From the NCBI RefSeq assembly GCF_030028105.1, contig NC_092374.1, positions 180,189,487 through 180,253,486 of the forward strand: a stretch of DNA of 64,000 bases. The letters are read 5' to 3'. Below, one piece after another: positions 10,561 to 24,900 of the stretch. Source of the DNA: Mobula birostris. Lineage: Eukaryota. The notes under the pieces are model-generated. The model was given only the letters and a program-made list of their open reading frames with translations, made no database searches and had not been told where the DNA came from. Position 1 is the stretch's first letter. Each line of letters opens with the position of its first letter. Made by a program: the position numbers and the translations under genes.

Positions 10561-10789
10561 AGAGAGATAACAATAGACTTGAACATGAAGAAATTTCTAC
10601 AAGCCTCGCTCTTAAGTGCACATCATGATCCTGGAGTCAGAAGTTCCTGTGTGGCCTCCACAGATACTGAGGGAGAAGGTTCCAGACGTCCCCTCCCTCC
10701 TGGTCAGAAAGACATACAGCCTGAAAACAGGCCCTTCAGCCCATCAGATTTGTGCTGATCCTCAACCACCCATTTACATTAATCCTATA

Positions 10790-11040
10790 GTTTTTTATTC
10801 TCCCCTCATTCCCATCACTTCCCCTCAGGTTCTACCCTTCAAATACACTCTGGGTCAGCGGCCAATTAATCTACCACCCTGCACAACTTAGGAATGTGGG
10901 AGGAAACTGGAGCACCTGGAGGAAACCCACACGGTCATGGGGAGAACATACAAACTCCTTACGGACAATGGCGAGAATCAAACTCTAATTGATAACTGCT
11001 GGTGCTCGAAAGTGACCGCACTGACTGCTAAACTACTGTG
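10790..11040 (-). mobile_element. V-SINE/HE1-like SINE
   Basis: Reverse complement of the V-domain core 'gggtttcctccaggtgctccagtttcctcccacattcc'. Confidence 0.75.
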
Positions 11041-11044
11041 ATGC

Positions 11045-11560
11045 ACGTTTGAAGTATTGTGATCAATTCTGGGCTCTGCATCTAATGAAGGACGTGCTGG
11101 TGTTGGGGAGGGTCCAGAGAAGGTTTACGAGAATGATCCCAGGATGAAAGGTTTAACATAAGAAGGGTGTTTGATGCCTCCAGGACTGTACTCGATGAAG
11201 TTCAGAAAGATGGAGGGGAGGTGGCATCTGCTTGAAAGCTACTTGATACTGAAAGGCCTATGTGGAGTGGCCATGGAGAGCATCAGAGGGCACAGCCTCT
11301 GTCCCTTTGGAACGGAGATGAGGAGGGATTCCTTCAGTGGAATGGTGAATCTGTGGATTTCCTTATCATAGGGGACTGTGGAGGCCAAGTCAATGAATGG
11401 ATTTAAGGCAGAGATTGAAATGTTATTGACTGGTGAGAAGGTTAAGTTTTACTGGGAGAAGGTGGAGAATGGGGTTAAAAATAATCAGCCATGATTGTCT
11501 AGCAGAGCAGACCATGATTGAACAGGCTAAGTCAGCTCCCGTTTCTGCTCTTATGGTAAC
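11045..11560 (+). mobile_element. CR1 LINE 3' fragment
   Basis: 'gtattgtgatcaattctgggctctgcatct...gagggtccagagaaggtttacgagaatgatcccagg' matches the CR1 3' RT region. Confidence 0.75.
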
Positions 11561-12499
11561 ACATGCAGTCATAGGGAGAAAATGAAAACTCCAGATAGTC
11601 AGTGCCGGGTATTTGGATCGAACGCAGGTCTTGGGGGTCGTGAGGGTGCAACTCTACCTGTCGGGCCACCGTGCTAACCCGCAGGAGTTCATTGCTGCCA
11701 CCTCCTTACTTTGCGGCTCTTCTTGGGTGTGTAGTAAAGAAAGGGGAGTGGACACAGGATCCGGGAGAAAAGGCATCCGTGCACAGTCCCACAAACCCGT
11801 GCAAGCACAGGGAACCCCGTTCCTCCAACACCCAAGCCAATGTCCAGATACTAAGCTTTTCTAGGGACCACAGTGTGTTCTGCCCTGCCTTGGAGATGAA
11901 GTTCTCTGTCACCTCCTCCCCCTTGAACCCTTCCTCAGCCCACAGGTCGCTCCGAGCTTCAGAAGCTGGTCTTCACCCTGTCGCCTGGTTGCCAGTAGTT
12001 GCCTCAATCTGTTCACTGGGCTCGGCCACAAACTCTCCCAGCTCATGAGCCCTCATCAGAGCTGACTTTTGAGAGTGTTGGCTTCCCACAAGATCCTGGG
12101 GATATCACTCTCTGTTCCTGAGTAGCACTTCCATTCCTATCCCGGAGCCCCAGGGGAAATGGGAAGCCCACCACTCTGAACTCGAGCAGTCAGACCTTTG
12201 AGCTGTTCCACCACTCAGTACTGTCATGGTTGATCCAATCTCGGCTTCAGCACCACCAGGGCACCCTCTCTCCATTTCCGCCCAGACTTGTTCAAACGCT
12301 TGCCTTGAAAATGTTCAGTGACTTTGCCTTCATATCTTTGATCTGTCCCACCTCAACTCCCCTCTCTCCAGCCTTTCTGTTTGTAAACTCTGTCACAACA
12401 AAGCCCAGGGCAAGTTGAGGAATAGCACCTCACCTTCCATCTGGGTACGTTGAAGTCTTCTGCATCTAATGCTTGATTCTACAACTTTAGCTTACTTTC

Positions 12500-13580
12500 T
12501 CTTTGTGCTGAGGGTCATACCATCACAGGCATGAGCCTCCCCAGCATTGAGGGCATTTTCAAGAGGCACTGCCTGAACTGGGCAGTGCCCCTCATTAAGG
12601 ACCCTCACCATCCCTCATCTCCCTCATCTCGTTACTACCATTGGGGAGAAGCTGGGCACATCCATCAAGAGATAAGGCCTTCCTCTTGACTTCAAAGTTC
12701 AAAGTAAATTGATTATCAAAGTAACCATATACAACCCTGAGAGTCATTTTCTTGTGGGCATACTCGGTAAATCTAATAACCATAGTAGAATCAATGAAAG
12801 ACTGCACCAACAAACTGTGTGTAAAAGACAACAAACTGCAAATACAAAAAGAAAGAAAAATAATAATCATAATAATAACATAAATAAATAAGCAATAAAT
12901 ATTGAGAACATGAGATGAAGAGTCCTTGAATGTGAGCCGATCGGTTGTGGGAACATCTCAATAAAAGGGCAAGTGAATTTGAGTGATTTTACTATATTCT
13001 CTTTGGTCCAAGAGCCTGATGGTTGAGGAGTAGTAACTGTTCTATAACCTGGTGGTGTGAGTCCTGAGGCTCCTGCACCTGAGAGCAGCAGTGGGACGAG
13101 AGCATGATCTAGGTGGTGGGGATTGCTGATGGTGGATGTTGCTTTCCTACGACAGCACTTTGTAGAGATGTGTAGAGTGGTGGGGAGTGGTTTAGCCATG
13201 ATGGACTGGTTGGTATCCATTACTTTTTGTAGGATTTTCCGATCTAGGGCATTGCTGTTTCCATACCAGGCTGTGATGCAGCCAGTCAATATGTTCTCCA
13301 TCATACAGAAATTTGACAAAGTTTTAGACGTTATGCCGAATCTTCACAAACTGCTAAGGAAGCACATGTGCTGCCTTACTTTTTTCAAAATTGCACTTAC
13401 ACACTGCACCCAGGACAGGTCCTCTGAAAAGATAAAACCAAGGAATTCAGAGTTGGTCACCTTCTCCACCTCTGATTCTCTGATAAGGACATGCTCATGG
13501 ATTCCAGTTTCCTCCCCCAAGTCATTAATCAGCTCCTTGGTCTTGCTGACATTGAGTAAGGGGTTTTTGTTGTGGCACCA
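12500..13580. mobile_element. Rex1/Babar LINE 3' fragments, mostly minus strand
   Basis: ORF 12867-13319 (ENILTGCITAWYGNS...HPxHALxxLLxSG) is the family C-terminus. Confidence 0.75.
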
Positions 13581-13584
13581 CTTA

Positions 13585-15470
13585 GCCAAATTTTCAGCCA
13601 GAAGAATAACGTGAGCTGCCTTAATGACTATCGCCCGATAGCACTCACATCTACAGTGATGAAAGGCTTTGAGAGGTTGGTCATGACTAGACTGAACTCT
13701 TGCCTCAGCAAGGACCTGGACCCATTGCAATTTGCCTATCGCCACAATAGGTCAACGGCAGATGCAACCTCAATGGTTCTTCACATGGCTTTAGACCACC
13801 TGGATAACACAAACACCTATGTCAGGATGCTATACTATAGCTCAGCATTTAATTATGATTATGATTATGATCATGAGGACAAGCAGTCCCCTTTTATTGT
13901 CATTTAGTAACACATGCATTAAGAAATGATAGAAATGTTTTTCCAGAATGATATTACGAAAACACATGACAAACCGACTTAAAAACTAACAAAAACCACA
14001 TAATTATAACATATAGTTATAACAGTGCAAAGCAATACCGTAATTTATAAGAACAGACCATGACACAGTAAAAGTCTCAGAGTCTCTTGAAAGTCCCATC
14101 ATCTCACGCAGGCGGTAAACCTCCAGAGCCGCCAACTTACCGATGCAGCATCCTGGAAGCATCCGACCACAGTCTGACTCCAAATCTGTCCGAAAAACTC
14201 TGAGCCTCCGACCACCTATTCGACACCGAGCACTGAGCACCACCTCTGCTGAGCATTTTGACCCCGGCAACAGGCGATGTGCAAAGCCGAGGATTTGGGG
14301 CCTTCATCTCTGGAGATTCTCGAATGCACAGTTGCAGCGGCAGCGAAGCAGGCATTTCAGAAGTTACGCCAGATGTTCCTCTGCACTTCTCAAGGCTGTC
14401 CCCATCAAATCCGGATTGTGCACGGCCCCCTAGTTACACATATTGATATTCATTCGGAACGGCCACCTGCGCTGCGTCACGCCACCATCTTCTCCTCCCT
14501 CCTTTATTTCCACAAACCTGATTGATAAGTTGCAGAACCTGGGCCTTTGTACCTCCCTCTGCAATTGGATCCTCAATTTCCTAACCAGAAGACCACAATC
14601 TGTGCAGATTGGTGATACCATATCCTCCACTCAGACGATCAACACTGGTGCACCTCAGGGGTGTGTGCTTAGCCCACTGCTCTACTCTCTATATACCCAT
14701 GACAGTGTGGCTAGGCATAGCTTAAATACCATCTATAAATTTGCTGATGATACAACCATTGTTGGTAGAATCTCAGATGGTGACGAGAGGGCGTACAGGA
14801 GCGAGATATGCCAATTAGTGGAGTGGTGTCCCAGCAACAACGTGGCACTCACATCAGTAAGGTGAAAGAGCTGATTGTGGACATCAGGAAGGGTAAGACA
14901 AAGGAACACATACCAATCCTCATAGAGGGATCAGAAGTGGAGAAAGTGAGCAGTTTCAAGTTCCTGGGTGTTAAGATCTCTGAAGGTCTAACCTGATCCC
15001 AACATATCAATGCAGTTATAAAGAAGGCAAGACAGTGACTATACTTCATTAGGAGTTTGAAGAGATTTAGTATGACAATAAATACACTCAAAAACTTGTA
15101 TAGATGTATTGTGGAGAGCGTTCTGAATGGCTGCATCACTGTCTGGTATGGAGGGTGGGGGGGGGGTGGTGTGGGTGCTACTGCACAGGACTGAAAGAAG
15201 CTGCAAAGGGTTGTAAATCTAGTCAGCTCCATCTTGGGTATGAACCTACAAAGTACTCAGGACATCTTTAGGGAGCAGCATCTTGGAATGGTAACGTCCA
15301 TTATTAAGGATCTCCAGCACCCAGGGCATGCCCTTTTCTCACTGCTACCATCAAGTAGGAGGTACAGAAGCCTGAAGGCACACACTCAGCGATTCAGGAA
15401 CAGCTTCTTCCCCATGGACATTGAACCCGTGAATAATATATATTAATAATAATAATTTTCCTTTCAACTC
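13585..15470 (+). mobile_element. Rex1/Babar RT fragment interrupted by a 650-bp retroposon
   Basis: [64 protein letters not shown]. Confidence 0.9.
13854..14497 (-). mobile_element. ~650-bp non-coding retroposon (family also at 32353 and 34705)
   Basis: 5' end GAGGAGAAGATGG and an (ATCATA)n tail. Collinear with 34705-35374. Confidence 0.75.
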
Positions 15471-15525
15471 ACAAGTGAGCATAGGCCATCAGAAGTTGCT
15501 GATGTTTCTGTAGCAATTTCTTTTT

Positions 15526-15657
15526 TTACGAGCTCGAGTTGCTAGCTCGATGCTCAACCCAGCACAGATGGAAAGCGTGCAAGGGAGCCGGCTGGATTCG
15601 AACTCAGGACCTTTCGCTCCGAAGTCCAGCACTGATGCCACTATGCCACCAACCAGC
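15526..15657 (-). mobile_element. tRNA-derived SINE
   Basis: A/B-box-like head (tggtggcatagtgg...gagttcgaatcc). Same family as 29889-30110. Confidence 0.7.
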
Positions 15658-15869
15658 AATAATATATATTATTTCTGCTTTTTGCACAACTTTTAAAAAC
15701 TTAATCAATATAAGATTACGTAATTGATTTACTTATTATTATTATTATTTTTTCTTCTTCTTCTATATTATGTATTGCATTGAACCGCTGCTGCTAAGTT
15801 AACAAATTTTACGACACATGCTGGTGATAATAAACCTGATTCTGATTCTGGTATGCTGATTTGTCACCA

Positions 15870-17090
15870 CCTTTGATTTAGCCAACAGCAGGGGTGTCAT
15901 CAGCAAACTTAAGTATGGCTTTGGAGCTGTGCTTAGCCACACAGTCATAAGTGTAAAGCGAGTAGAGCAGGGGGCTCAGCACGTAGATTTGTGGTGCAGC
16001 TGTGCTGATGGAGAAGTGGAGGAGATATTGTTGCCAATCCAAACTGACTGGGGTCTGCAACTGAGAAAATAGAGGATCCAATTGTACGATGGAGTATTCA
16101 GATATATGGAGGTAATCACCACAGAAGCATCTAGTTCTTACTTCAATACACTATCTAAAGAATGTCTAGGAATGAGTTAAAATCCAGGGACATTGTATTC
16201 TATTCAATCCTTTAAACAAAGTTAAATTAAGTTGAGTATGCAGAGCCTATTTATTAAAAACTGATGAGATTTAACCTAGTTGTCCGGGTATGGTCTGTTT
16301 GAATCTAGGTTGTGCAGTCTAGTGATACCATACGGGCAAAGGGAAATCCAGAGAGGTGGTCATTAATTACTCCATGTGTAGTAGGGGGAGAATTAACACC
16401 ATGGCCAATTTAGAGAAGAAACCTACACAGAGAAAGGGGGATCTGGAACTTAGACACAAGAGATTCTTCAGATGCTGGTAATCTTGAGCAACACACATTA
16501 CTTCCTATGATGCAAAACCAAGCATCATGAATGGCTGTGATGTTTCATCCCCAGATGAGCCCAACACCTTTTATGCACACTTTGAAAGTGAGAATAAAGC
16601 TGCACTTGTGCAAATCCCTGCAGCATCTGGTGACCCCATGATCTCTGTCTCAGAGGCTGACATCAGAACATCTTTCACGAGGCGTCAGGCCCTGATGGTG
16701 TACCCGGTAAAGCTCTGAAAATCTGTGCCAGCCCACAGGCAGAAATATTCAAAGACATCTTCATTCTCCCACTGCTGCAGTTGGATGTTCCCAAGTGTTT
16801 CAAAAGGGCAGGGTCATCTGCCTCGACAACTATCACCCAGTGGCACTCACATCCACTGTGATGAAGTGCTTTGAGAGGTTGGTCATGGCCAGAATCAATT
16901 CCTGTCTAAGCAAGGGCCTGAACCTGCTGTATTTTGCCTTTTACCACAATAGGTCTACAGTGGATGTAATCTCACTGGCTCTCCATTCAGCCTTGGATCA
17001 CCCGGACAATATGTCAGGCTGCTGTTTATTGACTACAGCTCAGTGTTCAATGCAATCATACCCTCAGTTCTAATCAACAAACTCCTGCTG
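15870..17090. mobile_element. Rex1/Babar RT fragments
   Basis: [25 protein letters not shown] on minus; [18 protein letters not shown] on plus. Confidence 0.8.
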
Positions 17091-17099
17091 CAGCTAGAT

Positions 17100-18390
17100 C
17101 CTCGACTTCACAGGGGACCACAGTACTCTTCCCTCGAAGCAGCACAGTGAAATGAAATGCTCCTGTGCACACTGCCTTTGTTACCATGCAGCTGGAGTTT
17201 TCTTTGTATAATGTTAATATAATTCCGAAAATAATTGCAGGAATTTTGTGATTTCAAATTTGTCATTTCTGAGAAAGTTGAGGCTGGTTCAATTAAGATG
17301 TTCACTGGTGTATTGAACTACATACTTAGAAACAAAAAATTTGATCTGTCATTTCTTGTTGATATTGTTGGAACATTTCAAGCTTCTAGTGCTGACTGCC
17401 AATGTGGATTCAGTCTTATGAACTCAATCAAATATAAATCCAGAAACAGACAAGAAGTGGAACACTTGGATGATCTAATGAGGATTAAGACATATACTTT
17501 ATTAGGAGTTTGAGGAGATTTGACATGTCAACCAATACACTCAAAAACTTCTATAGTCGTACCGTGGAGAGCATTCTGACAGGCTGCATCACTGTCTGGT
17601 ATGGAGGAGCTACTGCTCAAGACCGAAAGAAGCTGCAGACAGTTGTAAATCTAGTCAACTCCATCTTGGGCACTAGCCGACAAAGTACCCAGGACATCTT
17701 TAGGGAGTGGTGTCTCAGAAAGACAGCGTCCATTATTAAAGACCTCCAACACCCAGGGCATGCACTTTTCTCACTGTTACCATCAGGTGGAAGATACAGA
17801 AGCCTGAAGGCAGACACTCAGTGATTCAGGAACAGCTTCTTCCCCTCTGCCAATTGGACATTGAAGCTTTGGACACTACCTCATTTTTTTACTAGATACA
17901 GTATTTCTGTTTTTGCACATTTTTAATCTATTCAATATATGTAATTGACTTACTTGTTTATTTATTCTTATGTTTTACTTAATTTATTATTATTTTCTTT
18001 CTCTGCTAGATTATGTATTGCATTGAACTGCTGCTGCTAAGTTAACAAATTTCACGTCACATGCTGGTGATAATAAACCTGATTCTGATATCTTTCATCT
18101 GGATGTGAAATGAAGTTGGATAGTATTTATAGACAATGGATTTGTACTAAAGACGGATAGGAAAAGGTTTATGAAGGGTAAGATATTTTATTTTGTTTTA
18201 CTGTATTTCATTATACACTTCATTTAATAAATAAAATGAAAAGAATGTGATTTTTCAATTTTCATTCTAAATATTCATAGAATGCATATTATAAAAAATG
18301 TAATGCTTCGTACAATTTCATGCCATGTAAAATTTCCTGCTCAGACCGATGGTTGGTACGTGCAGCTGCAAAAAAACATCAGAGGGACCG
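17100..18390 (+). mobile_element. hAT transposase C-terminal relic, interrupted by Rex1 at ~17500-18090
   Basis: ORF 17235-17513 SSADCQCGFSLMNSIKYKSRNR resembles the hAT dimerisation-domain motif. Confidence 0.7.
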
Positions 18391-19637
18391 TTAGACCACA
18401 GTCTGTGTGGATCAGAAGTAACACCTCCTCCTTGTTGACAATCAACACTGGGGCACCCCCAGGACAAATGCTTATTCTACTGCTCTGCTCTCTCTACACC
18501 CATGCCGAGGCATTGCTCAAAAGCCATCCATAAATTTGCTGCTGACGCAACTGTTGTTGGCAGAATTTCAGATGCTGAAGAGAAGACATACAAGACTGAG
18601 AGAAATCAGCTGGTTGAGTGATGTCACAACAAAATATCAATAAGACCATGAGCGCCAGCTTCCCCAGCATTGAGGACAACTTCAGAAGGTGATGCCTCAA
18701 AAAGGTAGCATTCGTTATTAAGGACCTTCATCACCCAAGATGTGTCGTCTTCTCATTGCTACCATCAAGGAGGTGGTACAGGAGTCTGAAGACACACATA
18801 ATGTGTTTCAGGAACAGTTTCTTCCCTTCCACCGTCAGATTTCAGAATGGACAATGAAAAATGAATCAATGAACACTGCCTCACTACTTTTCCTCTCTTT
18901 TTGTACTAGTTATTTAATTTAATGCTTTATGTACACATCTTACTGAAATGTATACATTTTTAAATTATTATGTATTGCGATGTACTATTGCCACCAAACA
19001 ACAAATTTCATGACATATGCCAGTGATATGAAACCGGACTCAGATTCAATGTCTTCTGGCTGGTTAGTAATTTAATCTCTGTAGTTCAGTGGCATAGGCA
19101 CTAATCTCAGAGCTTTCTCTCTACATCTTCAGTTTCTGGTGCAATCTTTCCTCATTTCCAGTGGCTAGCTTCAGCTATATAAGAACTTGGTCATACCCCA
19201 CTTGGGGTACTGTGTTCAGTTCCAGTCACCTCACTACAGGAAGGATGTGGATACTGTAGAGAGAGTGCAAAGGAGATCTACAAAGATGTTGCCTGTATTG
19301 GACAGCATACCTTATGAGAATAGGCTGAGTGAACTCGGCCTTTTCTCCTTGGAGTGGTGGAGGATGAAAGGTGACCTGAGAGAGGTGTGTAAGATGAAGA
19401 GAGGCATTGATCATGTGGATTATCAGAGGCTTTTTCCAAGGGCTCAAATGGCTAACGTGAGGGGGCATAGTTTTAAGGTGCTTGGAAGTAGGTGCAAGGG
19501 GGATGTCAGAGGTATGTTTTTTACACAGAGAGTGGTTGGGTTCTTGGAATGCCCTGCCAGTGACAGTGGTAGAGGCAGATACAATAGGGTCTATTAAGGG
19601 ACTCTTAGAAAGGTACATGGAGCTTAAAAAAAATAGA

Positions 19638-21923
19638 TGTGACTCTCGCTTCAGCTAGTGGCTTAATATAGCGGGTGATAGCCCCCGGCCCAGCCAGACT
19701 TAACAAATCTTGTTTGGGTGGATGCTGCACGATATGTCTCCTGTTACAAATCAGTACCCTGAAATAACAAACAGTACACAATATGCGAGTAAACAATTGA
19801 GCCTTATAATTCTTATTTTGACTATATGGTTAGTAAAGAAACACAAAAAAGAAAACGGGCCCATTCTGGTGAAACACTGTATTGCGCAATGTTGGAGCTC
19901 ACTGATAAGCCGGTCATCCATCATCAACCTCCTCTGATCGTCGCTGCCCTTCGGAACCTCGCTCCAAGTCCACCCCGTCCGGCCGTCTACCAACTCTCTC
20001 CATTCACGTCTTCTCTCCTCATCTCTCCCCAGCAAAAGACTGTGAAAATCTCTCTTCCAGACTCACAAGAAAGAACAACAGCATTCCAAACCCCATTATC
20101 TCTAGTCATAACCCAAATATTGCTGCTACAGAGAAACCATTACACGAGCAGCGAAATTTTACAGCACGTTACACTCTCCCCCCCCCCCCACACCACCAAA
20201 TTTAGTCATATCCTCATGACATTGAGATAATTCACCAACCCTTCCTGCAAAACACAAAGCCCAAGCCAGGTGTAAAAGGCAGTGACTTAGCTCCCCAACA
20301 CAGTATGGGGTTACATTCTGTTGCCCTGGAGCTACGTAGGCCAGCGTATCCGGTGGTGTCCTAATTCTCTGAGACCTCCGCACCCCCTCATCTAACTCTT
20401 CAGGTTCTGACACTACTGGGGATAATTCCAGTATACCTGGCGAGGCCTCCCCCGAAGTATCACTCGTGCCCACCTGCAACTCGGAGCCCTCTTCCTGTAC
20501 CTCTCCGATCAGCTCAACAAAAGATGGAGGGGGAGCATTTTACGAGACTGTTGGAGACCCCAAGCAATCAGGTCATGGGACTGGGCACCCCTGGCTTCTG
20601 GTCCATTCTTAACTGATCCACCTCAGCCGCCTGAATGACCCCTCTGCGCTGCAAGCAATTTAGCTGCCCCTCTAGCCGAACAATAAAAGCAGAAAGCTTC
20701 TCCCCCTTTTTCTGACGCATGCTCTGAAACCCCACCATGAGCTCCATTGGGCTTCCTGTCAGGCCAAAAGCATCGTCCAGTGCTTGCAGATAATTGACAG
20801 CTGTCGCGACGGGAGATTGCAACCTGACGGCTCTCAGAATGTCAGCGGCCCGCACATTCGAACTTTCAAACAATCTCTGTCGCTTTACATCATCAGAGCA
20901 TCTAACAAATGAGAGGTCCATTCCGCCCAAGCCTCATACTCTTCCTCCCTTTAGGGGTGAGCGTTATTCCAGAGAATTGGTGGAGCCTGCTATTATTGGG
21001 ACTTTGAATCTGATTTTTCTATTTATTCACCAGAGAAGTAAGGGTGGATACCATCTCAGAATTCTCACTCTTCACAAGGGGATGTGGACTAATTAGACAT
21101 TCCAAATCCGACCACTCTTTCCCCTCACTCCTCAGGAATGAGAGAAACCTGTCTTTGAAATCTCTGCCCCCAGCTACCGCTACCTCAGTGCTGGTCTGCA
21201 TTAAAACGAGAGCAGCACCAGCCATTTTATCAAACCTCCACCCACAATCGCAACTTTAACAGCCCTTAACAGGCAAATTAACAATTCATCCAGAGTACAA
21301 ATATCTGCCCCACTGGTTCATTTCTCAGGGTAATCACACAGCATCCAATGGAATCAATCCCAGATGAGCCCCCACAATTGTGACCCTTGCTTTGACTAGT
21401 GGCTTAGTATAGGGGGAGATAGCCCCTGGCCTGGCCAAACTTAAGAAATCTTGTTTGGGTGGATGCTGCTCGACATGTCCCTGTTACAAATCAGTACCCT
21501 GAAATAACAAACAGTACACAATATGCGATTAAACGATTGAGCTTTATAATTCTTACTTTGACTGTATGGTTAGTAAAGAAAAAAAAAAAAAGAAAACGGG
21601 CCTGTTCTCATGAAACATGTAGGAGCTCACTGATAAACCGGTCATCCACCATCGATTTCCTCCAATCATCGCTGACCTTCGGACCCTCACTCTAAGTCCA
21701 CCCCGTCCGGTGGTCTACCAACTCTCTCCATTCGTGTCTTCTCTCCTCATCTCTCCCCGGCAAAAGGCTGCAAAAATCTCTCTTCCAGACTCACAAGAAA
21801 GAACAACATTCCTCTCATTGGATAGTCCCATCATTCTAAACCCCATTATCTCTAGTCATAATTCAAACATTGCTGCTACAGAGAAATCATTACGTTATCA
21901 GTGAAACCTTACAACATGTTACA
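19638..21923 (-). mobile_element. Internally deleted Ty3/Gypsy LTR retrotransposon
   Basis: Two LTRs (19638-20173 and 21379-21923) with TG...CA ends, a 4-bp TSD TAGA, PBS TGGGGGCTCATCTGGGAT (tRNA-Pro-like, 21357-21374) and a G-rich PPT (20174-20195). Confidence 0.9.
20568..20930 (-). pseudogene. Gypsy gag capsid fragment (PNMA-like)
   Basis: YLQALDDAFG...FQSMRQKKGEKLSAFIVRLEGQLNCLQRRGVI resembles Gypsy/PNMA capsid. Broken by frameshifts and lies inside the LTRs. Confidence 0.75.
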
Positions 21924-24900
21924 TAGAGGCTCTGCGGTAGGTATTTCTAGGCAATTTGTGGAGTAGGTTACATGGTCAGCACAACATTGTGGGCTGAGGG
22001 GCCTGTAATGTGCTGTAAATTTCCAAGTTCTATTTTCTAGTGTGTACCCACTTACATTTTCCTTCAACATTTAATGCTGAATTAATAATCAATGGGGGGA
22101 GTGAGGAAAGACAGCACCAGCGATTTTTGTAGATCCAGGCAACTTCCTCCAATTCATCCATGAGACAGCTTATTCTTCTTCTCGTGTCTTTCTTTTTTTC
22201 CCCAAGGCGGTTGGGATTCTGTCGGAGTTCGTGATCCACAGTTCATACTATGGTTCTTCGCAAGCAGTGGGTTTTCGGACAGGCTGCGCAACCTAGCACT
22301 TTACTATCTCCAGGAATGGCCTGGAAGACATGAGCCCTCGGGGAGTAGGCCAGTGGACGACCCAGTTCCCCGCCGACTTTACCGACTAACTCGTCGTGGG
22401 AGACTGAAACATTGAGAGCAGGAGGAGTGTTTTGCTAATCGCCGGCTGATATCAGAAGGCCCCTGTACTCAATCTCTCTTTTGATGGAGTTTGTCAGTCC
22501 CCAAGACTGGGGGCTTGGAGAAGCAACACGGACATTTGAACAGCAAGTTGCTGGTCTTCTGTTCTCGATGGTCCAGGATCAACCTCTCTCTCTAGAGAGA
22601 GAGAGCCTGTATGAGATAGTGAAGTGCTGGGTTATGGAGTGTCGTTTTGATGCACTCTGGATCAGGGTCTCTCTGTTGGGCTTCTGCTATTGCTTGCGTG
22701 GTGCGAAGGGTGGGGATGTTCGACGCTTCTGCTGGTTAAGTGTGGGGGAGGATGTTGATGCTTTTGCTGCTGCTTGTGCGAAGGATGGAGCGGGGGGCTT
22801 CGATGTTTCTGTCATTCATTCCATGGGGTTCTTGTTTCACGGATGACTGTGAAGAGTAAGAATTTCAGGTTGTATACCGTATACATTCTCTGATATTAAA
22901 TTGAGCCTTTGATAAGGTCATTCCTACCAAACCTCCAATAGCTTTTCATATGTGTTCTTGATCAGGACCTCCTCATATTAATCAAGGTGGTTCCTCCTTC
23001 TACTCGATTGCTCCAAGTGACAGAAACCTGTTGAGAAGCAGACTGGATAGCTTTACACAGTAGTCAATTAAGCCGTCTGTTAGAATGTGGATACCAGCCT
23101 TTCTCGGGTCAATTGGAGTGAGTAATGGGCTTGCCCCATCACCTCTCCAATGGGCTGAGCCTGGTTTTTTTGTTTGGGTTTGCTCTGATGCTGCGTAAGA
23201 CCATGGGCTATGTTACACCGTCCATGTGATACTCGGTCAGTTTTTGGTAGTCCCATTCATTCATTCCGCCTGTCCTGACAACTCTGGATGATGTGGACTG
23301 TTGGAAGAACTAATCAAGGTTCATGAGTCAGCATTGTGTGTCCCTCGCACAGAGTCCATGTGACACAGCAATCCACGTTTAGGGATGTAGTCGTTGATCA
23401 GAGTCTTTGTTGTATGCGTAGCAATGGCTTTCTTTAACTTGAGAACTCATACACTAATATCAGTAGTTTTGGTATCCTTGGCAAATTGGTAATATCATGC
23501 AGGCATTCCCAATCTGGGGTCTACGGACACCTCGGTTAATGGTAGGGGTGCATGACATAAAAAAGTCAGGAAGCCCTGCTGTATCCACTGTGGTTTCACT
23601 AATGGTCCAGGCGGGGCTGGAGTACTTAACGGAACGAGCATTTCAGCTGCTCTGGGTTTGTTGTCCAGCACATCATGCATCTCTCCAACATTGAGAGCTC
23701 TGGATTCCATCACTATTTGGAGAATCGGCTAGTTACCTTTTCAGTCCAGTATGTCCCAGGGAGTGTGTCTACTGTGTCAGATAAGAAATCAACATGTTTG
23801 GTGCTACGAGTTTGAGTATAATACAATATCTCCATGCTCCGTCAACTGTTTAAATTCCCACTATTCCCCATCAGGACCATTTGTCTTTGTTAAAGCATCA
23901 TTTACATTTCCTGAATATCCTGTATGTTTCAGTGTGATAGAGAGTTGGTTTTTTCTAATAACATCAGTTATCAGATTCAGTTTGTTTATTCCTTTTATCC
24001 CTTACTGCCCTTTTTGCTGCCTTGTCTGCTGACGGATTTCCATGGCATTCAACTGTGTCCATTTGGGTGTGGCTTTTCCATTTCAATTTAGATATTTCTG
24101 TTGGCAATCGTATAACATCTATTGATTCTTGTACCGATTGGTCATTTTTGATTGGGGTTCCTAGAGCAGGAAGAAATCTTTTTTTACTTCCACAAGTTTC
24201 TGAAATAGTGAACAACACCTAAAACATATCAGGCATCTGTGTAAACATTACTGACGTTCCTTCTGCCTTCCTACAGGCCTCAGTCAGTGCTTTCAGTTTG
24301 CCTGTTGTGCACAGGTACCAGGAGCCATACTTTGAGGCGTCAGCACTTCAGTTTCAAAGGCAATAGCTCATCTAGACATCCTATTTCCTCCTGTTGGGAT
24401 GTTTCTTTAAGGTGATTTGCATCTTCCTGGCATGTTATTATTCTTGCACATTCATGGTCATTATAATTCTCTAATGACAGCATTGTGGTTGGATCCACTG
24501 GACCCAATCTCCTCAGGAGGTGCATTAGGTGCCTCAGGAACAGTGGACCATTTGGACCACCAAGCAGCCAATACGCGAGAGACCCTATTCATCATGACTA
24601 AGATGCGCACAGAGCGTAGACATTGAACGTTCAAAACATGATCAAGCACGATGCTGGAAACAGACATGATTACCAGATAGATTACCTGCACTGCTCGTAA
24701 ACACAGACCCAATCTGAGTGGGGCATTATCCAATTTGGCAGAATAATGGCCAATGGGACACTGTTGGGCTCCTTGTTTTTGAGTCAAGACTGTTCCTCAT
24801 TATAAACGCTTTACTCATGTCAGGGACTCCTCATGCATCGACTGTGCATAATTCAGCATCGCTTCTCAGTCTTTTGGCTAAGATCAAGTGTAGCTTATAA

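Larger units (their letters stand above)
19150..22030 (+). mobile_element. CR1 3' end split by an LTR element
   Basis: HLGYCVQFQSPHYRKDV...LFSLE. The CR1 tail resumes after 21923. Confidence 0.8.

Noticed and set aside
11671-12048. ORF with TM-like AALLGCVVKK
   Set aside because: The apparent acceptor is a SINE tail, the hydrophobic stretch is too short, and there is no gene context.
15526-15657. tRNA gene (also 29889-29960)
   Set aside because: The tRNA-like head runs into a SINE body, with no complete cloverleaf or acceptor stem.
20568-20930. Domesticated PNMA-like host gene
   Set aside because: It sits between paired LTRs with PBS, PPT and TSD, and is frameshifted.
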